The position numbers and the translations under genes were made by a program. From Macrostomum hystrix (Eukaryota > Animalia > Platyhelminthes), in the NCBI GenBank assembly GCA_950097015.1, contig CATNEN010000011.1, positions 6,324,001 through 6,388,000 of the forward strand: a stretch of 64,000 nt of DNA, written 5' to 3'. Position 1 is the first letter of the stretch. Each line of letters begins with the position of its first letter. A model generated the notes under the pieces. It did not search any database. It was given only the letters and a program-made list of their open reading frames with translations, and was not told the DNA's origin. Of the stretch, positions 55,418 to 64,000 are shown one piece after another.

Positions 55418-58400
55418 TCAGTTGCACTTTTGATCCAACAGCGGGTTGATCAGCTGGATTGCCACCTGGCCATGCTCACCAGCGCTGCCACCTGTGACAC
55501 CACGACAGCCTCCGCCACCGCAGAAGGAGCCGCCGCCACCTCCAGGGTAGCTGCAGACGTACCCGGAGCCGCCGCCGCTGAAACCACCGCCAGCTCCAGG
55601 AGCTCCCCAGTGGAGATTCCAAACTCCCCCGCCGCCACCGCCACCGAAGCCGCCGTCTCCGGTGTTGTTTCCGCCAGCCGATCCGCCCAGCCAGCCTTCG
55701 GACCGACTGCCGCCTCTGTCGCCATCGTTAGAGCTCCGTCGTTGATTCACGGGCCTTCCAAGCCAGCCGGCACCGCAGCCTGCGTGGTTGTGAGTTGCGG
55801 ACATGGCGGCTGGGTTGTTGAACCCCGGCTGTCCGTCGATGCCTCCGTGGCTGACTGGGCTTCCATACGGGTTCACGTCCGTGCCGTTCGGTCCAGCTTC
55901 TCCAGGCATTCCTGTAGATTTAGAACGTAAACAAAGACTGCTATGAATGCTTAATAATAATAATAATAATAATTGCAGGAGGGCTGCAGGCAATGGCACA
56001 TAATTTTATGACACTAGACCTGCAGCCAGCGAGGAGGCAATTCTGCCCATTTCGCTGACTCCTAAGCACAAACACACACAGACACCGTACACAGGCACAC
56101 GCTCACACAGGTGTGTACATCTGCCCTGACTTTCTCATCGTCAGGCAGTGTACACTGTCACTGTGCCTTGGAGGTTGGCCCTCAAGGGCGTAAATTGCAC
56201 GACAAGCCCTCAAGCCTTCTCTCCGCGGCTGCGCCCCAAATAAATGTGGCCTCGCCGTAGAATCGAACTTAGGGACCGTGGTGCGAGAGGCAAACCCGTT
56301 AACTGCTTTGCCAACGACCCCCTGTGTAACACACTAAAAGTGGGGAACGAACCTCGCGCTGGCAGACCGAGACCGGTTTCTGTCTTGTTTGGCTTGTTTG
56401 CCTTCGTCAGTCAGCCATAGCCACACGCAGTCCTCTCCCACCACTCTCAGTGTGCACAGAAGTCTCTTTTAACCTTGCCATTTTTATGGCGATATTTTTT
56501 TGTGTTATGTGAGACTTTTGCAGCCAAGTCTTTGCTTTTCTACTGTTCTCAGTAGTCTGAATTGTATCTCTCACAGCCTGCTATGAATGCTTTAACAGAG
56601 ACTTTTATGTCTTTGGCCTACGAATGAGCAGAGGAAAGGCGCCGCTTCTCGCAAAACAAGAAGTACGAGCGTAATATAGTAATAATAGTAGTAGCAGTAG
56701 TGCTAGTATATACTAGTACTAGTAGTAGTAGTAAAAGCATTAAACAATGATTATAAAGAAAAATATTTTACTATCACTACTACAAGTGTCACAGAGACTT
56801 GTTAGAAACACAATACGAGAGATATTATTCTCACACAGAGGGATCTTAGTGCATATTTAGGCACAAAAGCCCTGAAGAAGTGCAATTATAATTTTTCAAA
56901 TTTCGCTTCTGTCAACTGTCAATTGTCACTCGTCGAATTGTCAAGTTGCGTCAAGTTTTATGCAATTTATTTTTTTCTTGAATTGTTGCTTGTCACTTGC
57001 GATTTTTTCGACAAGTGCTTTATGAAATGAGCCCCTGTACCTCTCCTTCTCATGGTACCTGAATGAAAGCATACATCTGCACTTGCCAACACTATCGTAG
57101 GTCCCGGAGCCGCCGCCACCAGCCGCAGCCAGCAGGAAGTTGTCCACAGTCCGGTACACGAAACTGCCGCCTCCGCCGCCGCCTCCCGAGTACAGAGTCG
57201 TTGGCGGGCCGCCCGCCTGTCCGACCACAATGGTCAGGGCGGTGCCGGCTGTCAGGATGAATCGGCCCGACACGAAGGCGCCTCTGCCGCCAGCCTTGCC
57301 GGAGAACGAATTGCTGCCGCCACTGGCGCCCGACACCTCGATTGAGTAGCAGCCGGCTGATGGGATCGTCACGGACTGGACGGAGCCGTTTCGTCCCGAG
57401 CTGCTGTCTGGAAAATTGAAAAGGTGAAAAGGATTATCGATGTTCTCAATAGGGCGACTGGAAATGCTCTACTAGAGCCCAAATAATTCGGATGAAAGAA
57501 GTGAAAGCTTGGTTTTGAGCACAGTATTAGTTAACTTTTAGTGGGTTGTAGCCAAATGGACGCCGGACTCACGACTTGAAGGTCGGAGGTTCGATTGCGG
57601 ACTCCACTGGAAAAAAGTTGTCCATTAGTCCATTGTCCATACTGCACTCTGCCTAGCTTCAGTTCACCCAGGTGTTAAATGGGTACCAGCGGGGTAATTA
57701 AGGGTGGGTGTGCCTGCCGTCCCCCAGTCCATGGACTGAACAGCCGTACACAGCCTTCAGATGCGTCGCGCAATAGCTGCACCTTTGCTGTCATTAGCCC
57801 CTATCTGGCCTAATAGGGGCAGGTGAAATAAAGAATAATTATTTAAATTAGTTAAACATATTTGAGTAACTAAATTTGTCTGTTTCAGATGCGGAGAATT
57901 TCGGAAAGAATTTTTTAAGACATTTAAAACAACATACGGTCGCATCACTGATCCAGAACTGTGATAAAGTCCTTACAGACTAGACCCCTTGACTTTTTTG
58001 TGTCTTTGTCATAAGCTACACATACCTTCCCTAATTATTTTCCGCTGCCACTAGCGCCAGCATCCATCCACAGACAGATGAAGCATGTCTCAAGGTATTA
58101 GGAGGGCTTTGGTAAACCACTCGCCTATTCTCACTACAGAAACTCCGACACGCAGCTTTATTGTATTTTCTTCTGTAAAAACGTACTTTAAACTAGAACT
58201 GTTGGCTGAGACTTCCTAGGGTTACTCAAAGTCAGCCTAGCTATGAGAGGCGACACCAAGTGAAGAGCTCTGTTAAATGGTGTATGGCATGCTGAGTAAA
58301 ATTAAACAAACCCCATATTGTTTCTTCGGTGTTTGTAGGAACTAACCAAACAGTGGTAAATGTTTGCGTTGATGCAAAGATAACAGGGTAAAAAATCCCA

Positions 58401-59741
58401 GACACAGAATACACATGTGATTTCACTATAATAAATTGTAACAAAGGAGAGCATGTCCTTGTCTCTCGCACCAAGGTCCGTGAGCTCGATTCCGCGGCCA
58501 AGACACATTTATTTGGGGCGCAGCCGCGGAGAGCAGACTTAGAGGCTTGTCGTGCAATTTACGCCCTTGAGGGCCAACCTCCAAGACACAGTGAGAGTGT
58601 ACACTCACTGAGCCTGACGATGAGATAGTCAAGGGCTGATGTACACACCTGTGTGAGCGTATGCCTGCGTACAGTATCCATGTGCGTGTGCTCAGGAGTC
58701 AGCGAGATGGGCGTAATTGCCTCCTCACTGGCTGCGGGTCTAATGTCACCAAATGGTGTGCCATTGTTTTTGCAGCGCTGTGTAGTTTAAACCCATCAGT
58801 AAGTGAGTACGCTGCATGACGTCGAGAAAGCCAGGCAAGGCTGCATCTAACAATCGACGCAATGATCTGGATCGCCAACTTAAATTGCACGACCATTTCT
58901 TCCATTCGCGAATTTTTTAAATCGATGAAATTCACTTACTCCTAAACACGAAGGTAATGTTTAGCTGTCGCATGATGACCAGCTGCTCAAAGTTCTCAGC
59001 CTTCCAAAGACTGGCTCCTGGCTCGGAGCCTACGAGTCTCTGCACGTGAGTTCCTGACGGTCCCGGACCCGAAGACGCATCGATCAGCTGCAGCAGCTGG
59101 CAGACGCCGGAGCTGCCGATGAGCGAAGCCAGAACGCAGCCGCTCTTCTGACACTCTGCCAGACACTCGATCCGGGTCCTGACGCCGGTCTTGTTGACGA
59201 GCTCGGAGCTCGAGGTGTTGCCCAGCTGGAGGGGTCCATTTGCACGGATGTAGTAGCCAGAGGCACTGGTTACCTGCGAACCTAGGGCTGTGCGGAGGGG
59301 GGTGAGTGGCAGAGCGGCTAACGTGTTTGCCTCTCGCACTAATGTCCCTGAGCTCGATTCCGCGGCGAGGACCACATTCATTTGGGGCGCAGCCGCCATT
59401 GAAGGCCAACATCCAAGGCACAGTGAGTGTACACTGCCCGAGGATGAGAAAGTCAGAGCAGATGTACACACCTGAGTTAGTGTGTGCTCGGGAGAAAGCC
59501 TTCAGAGTCCAGTGTTGCGATTAGCAAGCATTTTCTTTAACGCTAAAAGAAGTTTCTAAGACAATCGGTCATTCGTGGTTCCCCGTGGTATTCCCCAGCG
59601 GAAAATAGCGTGCTATTTCTGCTTTTCATGATGAATTTATAGTGTAAAAGTTTCTCACTCACCAAGCGAGGACCCCATCGTTAGCAGGCAGGTGAGTTGA
59701 ATGCAAGTCATCTTCAGTGCCATGACAATGCCCCCGTGCAT
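55418..59741 (-). CDS. Secreted protein: signal peptide + PAN/apple-like Cys module + ALK/LTK-type glycine-rich domain; exons 59741-59663, 59281-58940, 57407-57087, 55911-55418; 411 aa
   Basis: All three introns are phase 1; intron 3 has a GC donor. Exon 1 reads MHGGIVMALKMTCIQLTCLLTMGSSL. Exon 2 has RIECLAECQKSGCVLASL..SGVCQL. Exons 3-4 have QSVTIPSAGCYSIEVSGASGG, GRFILTAG..LTIVVGQAG, GGGGGGSFVY, LLAAAGGGG, GGFGGGGGG, GAGGGFSGG and HGQVAI. These follow the ALK GRD motif order (QIWKVP..YSI..YGAAGG, ILVGQ, GGGGGGATYV, LIIAAGGGG, GGFGGGGG, GGGGGYIGG, HGEVNI). There is no TM or kinase. Confidence 0.82.
55953..56312 (-). mobile_element. tRNA-derived SINE, copy 4 (full length, (ATT)7 tail)
   Basis: Same head, body and tail as copy 2; it lies in intron 3 of the GRD gene. 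Confidence 0.87.
57541..57715 (+). mobile_element. Second, unrelated tRNA-derived SINE with a CORE-like segment
   Basis: The head is TAGCCAAATGG..CCGGACTCACGACTTGAAGGTCGGAGGTTCGATT, followed by CTTCAGTTCACCCAGGTGTTAAATGGGTACC, which resembles invertebrate CORE-SINE domains. There is only one copy in the window. Confidence 0.5.
58455..58775 (+). mobile_element. tRNA-derived SINE, copy 5
   Basis: CTCGCACCAAGGTCCGTGAGCTCGATTCCGCGG plus the shared body. Confidence 0.85.
59305..59478 (+). mobile_element. tRNA-derived SINE, copy 6 (3'-truncated), abutting the GRD exon-2 acceptor
   Basis: GTGAGTGGCAGAGCGGCTAACGTGTTTGCCTCTCGCAC..GAGCTCGATTCC; it ends after GATGTACACACCTG. Confidence 0.82.
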
Positions 59742-60057
59742 TACTGGCAGTAATTTTTTAAACAAGGAATTCGTCCTACAAGCTGCAGGATGAGGTGGCA
59801 GCAACCGGTCTTATAAAGGAGCAATTTTGATTTTTTAGAACGGCTCGTCAGCCAATGGGTCGCTGGCCAGACTGCAAGCTTCTCCACGAAGCCGTCCCGA
59901 CCATCTTGTCATCTTGTCTTAGATTTTCATGTTTACCCATCACTCAAAGTAAATCATTCAAAGAAATGTGCTACTAAAACTGTATTTCCTTACTTCAGGG
60001 ACTTGGCATGCTTAGGATTTCAGTGCGTTGAAAATTATGTGAGAAGTTAGCTCTGTG

Positions 60058-60135
60058 AGCAAGGAACTCTGTGAGTAGGGAACTCTGTGAGTAGGGAACT
60101 CTGTGAGTAGGGAACTCTGTGAGTAGGAACTCTAA
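60058..60135. repeat. Short 16-bp repeat (GTGAGTAGGGAACTCT)n
   Basis: Four to five units. Confidence 0.8.
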
Positions 60136-61000
60136 GAGAACTCGAGTCAACACTCGATTCTGGTAATTGATGTGCATCACGGGTAGTCATTAAAATATTT
60201 TTTAAAGCTGTTTTTGTTTAAGAAACAATAGAATTCATTTTTATATTTTGCTTCAAACTTAACTAAATCATACTGTACCTCGGTAATGTATTTGTTGAAT
60301 TACGTTAAAAAAGAGCAGGCAGATAATAAAAATGAAGAAAAATATTATGCTTTTAAAAGTGAAAAGAAATTGTCAGATAATGTCCGACAAATCATATCCG
60401 ATAATGAATCTACTTCATTGATAAAAATTAAGCACCAGTAGAAATTAGTTATTTGTAGGAGCGAAGATAAAAACCACACCTACGAGCTAAACGGATTAGG
60501 ACGGATTTTCAGTACATCCTTTCAGTCCGTGGACAAGGCGGCCACCAGACCCACCCAATTATCGACCAGGTTAGGTGTAATAAGCGAATAATAATTAAGC
60601 AGATGACGCTTAAGAATTGAGATGGAAATCAAAATTCGTTGACAAAGTTTATCACGATGAATTAATTGTAAACCAGAATTATTTATCAATCCCGTGCACG
60701 ACGATATCATTTTTAGGATACACGTGGAAGCGTACCTATTGTTACTATGGTTTAGCATGCTAACAACGCTTCACTGAGAAGTAGATTTTTTAATGATGTT
60801 TCGCAAATTTGACCATAGACTATTGGTTGCTATACATAGTTCTATTTATATACTTCGCTTCGCTCGCTATTGTAGTTAGCCTACGCATGTTGAAACGAAG
60901 TTGAAACTAACGGCAGCCCGCCCTCTGCTGTTGTCTATGGTCGAATTCCATATATATGCACAACACAAATATGGACAACACAAATATGGCTAGGCTGCTC

Positions 61001-61063
61001 GGGCTGAAACGAGGTGAAACGCCTCGACGATACGACCCTCGATGTTTTACCTCGTTTCAGCCC
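61001..61063. other. Inverted repeat, 20-bp arms with 1 mismatch and a 23-nt spacer
   Basis: GGGCTGAAACGAGGTGAAAC (61001-61020) and GTTTTACCTCGTTTCAGCCC (61044-61063). Confidence 0.85.
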
Positions 61064-61539
61064 TCTGCAGCCTATCAATATTGGTATAATCCACTTCATT
61101 AGCAGATACTCCGATAAAAGAGTCGATCGGAAAGTTTTTCCAATGTACGAGGAAAGTTTCGTATTTTCGGAATCGACAGTGAAAAACGTAAACATACGAG
61201 TATAACCAAATCCTTTGCATTTCTTTACTCCTTTTTGCTCTATAGTCTATGGCACAGCTTAGCTGATGTCCAACCTCTGTATTTCTCTACCGATTTTCGC
61301 TGACAGTTTTCTACGGCACAGTTGTAACCATAGACATACACACTCTGTGCAGTCTATCGAACGTTTCTGATTCGATATGGCATCGTAAAACTATCAGCAT
61401 TAAACAATGCTTCAGCGTTAAATAATGCTTCAAGTCGAGTATGCTAAACCAAAGTAACAATAAGCTTACACAAGTGATACAATCGGTAAACATCAATTTC
61501 GGTGAACTCTTGTACCGTATGAATTATCTCTTAATGTGT

Positions 61540-64000
61540 CTATGCGGATTGGACGTTAAATGTGATAACTTGCTGAGCCAGGCCGCACAGGTTCTGTCCC
61601 TGGGCAATCTGCAGATAGCCGGCCATGCCCCAGTCGGTGCCCCACGAGTTGCGCACTAGGTAGTGCGGCACTGGCCCGCTAGCCAGATCGTAGCCGACAA
61701 TCTGCACGGCGTGATTCAGATCCGTGTCGCAATTGTGCATTATGACACCGTCGACGTAGTATTGCCACAGGTGTGCGTCAACTGCTACGGCCGCCGTTCC
61801 GCTGCGCCACAGGTGGTCAAGCAAGGCGTCTTCGTGGGACACCATGCTGTGGCAGATGAATAGGCAAAAAATATTTCATTGGAGCTACTTAACGGTAGAA
61901 AGAGCACGCTATTTCCCCCTGGGTATTTCAAATTCCCACTGCCTACTTCACGATAGCTCACAAACACAATGACCGATTTTCCGCTTTTTCCGTGGAACCA
62001 ACTTTTAAAGCTGTCCGACGTCAGCAACGTCGAGATATTTAGCGATTCTTGTCGAAGACCCTGGTGACAAGGACAACTGACATTGCTCTGTATAAACCTT
62101 TGTTGGTCCGAAGGTCGCCTGTATGTCTACAGGTCAGCGTAGATGGTCACCATTGTCCAATTCATTCACCGATTATGTCTACTGACTCAAGACTGCATCC
62201 AGAAGAGGATTGTTTCGTTTTACTTTGGGAACGATGCCGGCTTTGAGATGCCGATCGGTTGCTTTTTTGAAGGTCCCCACGGTCGCCGCCGATTCTCGAG
62301 ACGGTGATGAAAGGGACCCTGTTGACTGGGACGCTGAGAACAAAGGTCCCGGTGACTGATTGACATGATGAGCCGAAATGAGTTTGTGGAGCCGAAATAG
62401 TTATATTATGAGATTTTTTGAGCGGAAAAATTATGCCTACGAGCTTGAATATTCGTGGTCTTGGCCACCTGACACCCCGACGAGAATCTTTAAATATCTC
62501 GACGATGCTGATGTTTTGTATTTCCTTGGATAGAGCGGAAAGCACACTGGGTGGCTGTGTGTAACGACCCTCGGTGCCTATAGACTGTACAGCTAGCTGT
62601 ACGCAACCTTCATAAGCGCCACGCAATTATAGCAGCGATTGGATTTGGTTTGATTTCTAATGACCTACCTGTATATTTTTTCTGCTAAATTGTTACCAAA
62701 TCCATTATTCACTTTCGAGCCGCCAAAGTCGTTCAGATAACTCACTTCTGGCACTGAACATTGACTGTGGCAATCTGGTAGCCGCTAGTTACTTGTCTGC
62801 AAGGCTCGTTCTTGCCAACATATGGATAGAGACTCTCCTGAGCTATGCGAGTGCTGCCGCCCTGAATTGTAAATTGTTAGTGAAAACTAGCTTGATCTGG
62901 CACAAACAGTTTACATGTAACCGTTCCACCCATTTCAGCTTGTCTCCCACCCACCCCATTTAGCCATTTAGTCCCCAACCCAACCACCGGGGGTGAGTGG
63001 CAGGGCGGTTATCGTGTTTGTCTCTTGAGCCAAGGTAGCCTGAGCTCGATTCCGCGGCGAGGCCGTTTATTTGGGGCGCAGCCGCGGAGAGAAGGCTTGG
63101 TGGCTTGTTGTGCAATTTACGCCCATGAGGGCCAACCTTCAAGGCACAGTGACAGTGTACACTGCCTGACGATGAGAAAGTCAGGGCAGATGTACACACC
63201 TGTGAGCGTATGCCTGTGTACAGTATCCGTGTGCGTGTGTGCTCAAGAGTCAGCGAAATGGGCAGAATTGCCTTCTCGCTGGCTGCAGGTCTAGTGCCTG
63301 CAGCCCTGCTGCAATTATAATAAATATAATATAATAGCTAAACCAACCCATTCAGCCTAACCCGCTCCGTAAAGCTTGTCCCGTAACCCAACCACCCCAT
63401 CCAGCCTGACCCACTTCGTTAAGCTTGTCCCGTAACCCAACCACCCCATCCAGCCTGACCCACTTCGTTAAGCCTGTCCCGTAACCCAACCACCCCATCC
63501 AGCCTGACCCACTTCGTTAAGCCTGTCCCGTAACCCAACCACCCCATCCAGCCTGACCCACTTCGTTAAGCTTGTCCCGTAACCCAACCACCCCATCCAG
63601 CCTGACCCACTTCGTTAAGCCTGTCCCGTAACCCAATCACCCCATCCAGCCTGACCCACTTCGTTAAGCCTGTCCCGTAACCCAACCACCCCATCCAGCC
63701 TGACCCACTTCGTTAAGCTTGTCCCGTAACCCAACCACCCCATCCAGCCTGACCCCTTACCCACACAGTTTAGCTTGTCCACCCACATCATTCAGGCTGT
63801 TCCCTCACTCACCCCAATTAGCTTGCTCGCTTACCCACCTATCCAGTTGGTCTTGTCATCTGAAACTCAGTTTTAAGCTGGCTCCCTCTACGCGTTTAGG
63901 TTGAGCAAGTTCTCAATTCTGTAACACTACTCACCGAGTAGTACACTGCGGTGTGACAAATATCGCCACCGGCGCATCCAGCAGAGCCAGCTGTGCAGTC
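61540..64000 (-). CDS. CTSO: Cathepsin O-like papain-family (C1A) cysteine protease, 3' part; exons >64000-63935, 62861-62746, 61846-61540
   Basis: The spliced product reads DCTAGSAGCAGGDIC, ESLYPYVGKNEPC, AVAVDAHLWQYYVDGVIMHNC, NHAVQIVGY (catalytic His), VRNSWGTDWG (catalytic Asn) and NLCGLA. Phases 0 and 2 match. The VDA..WQ.Y..G(V/I)I.H.C pattern favours cathepsin O. The catalytic Cys exon lies outside the window. Confidence 0.85.
62988..63335 (+). mobile_element. tRNA-derived SINE, copy 7
   Basis: Head, body and AT-rich tail as in the other copies; it lies in a cathepsin intron. Confidence 0.85.
63345..63760. repeat. 49-bp minisatellite (CCACCCCATCCAGCCTGACCCACTTCGTTAAGCCTGTCCCGTAACCCAA)n
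   Basis: About 8 near-identical units. Confidence 0.93.

Noticed and set aside
62162-62626. 154-aa minus-strand ORF inside a cathepsin intron
   Set aside because: It has no recognisable domain, and the cathepsin exons join in frame across it.

Overview
This is a eukaryotic (animal) genomic window with spliceosomal introns, many minisatellites and retroelements, and no prokaryotic features. The style fits a free-living flatworm such as Macrostomum, but that is inference. I reconstructed these spliced genes by hand: SCHIP1-like (+, 5' end outside the window), PTPN11/SHP2 (-, complete, 5 coding exons, 597 aa), an intronless thioredoxin + 3xNDK gene (NME8/9-like, +, head-to-head with SHP2, long His/Glu repeat tail), a NETO-like CUB-CUB-LDLa-TM gene (-), a universal stress protein (-), a G-protein gamma subunit (+), a secreted protein with an ALK/LTK-type glycine-rich domain (-) plus its inverted pseudogene copy (+), and a cathepsin O-like protease (-, 5' end outside the window). 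The 12.3-kb SCHIP1 intron holds a decayed Ty3/Gypsy element interrupted by a 5'-truncated RNase H-bearing LINE with a 16-bp TSD. It also holds a 23-bp minisatellite split by an apparently intact 7.1-kb RTE-group (RTEX-like) LINE. The standout is ORF1 of that LINE, which begins with an ALKBH2/3-type AlkB dioxygenase domain with all catalytic residues present, so the retrotransposon appears to carry its own nucleic-acid demethylase. A tRNA-derived SINE family occurs 7 times. All homology calls are motif recognition by eye; no database searches were run.
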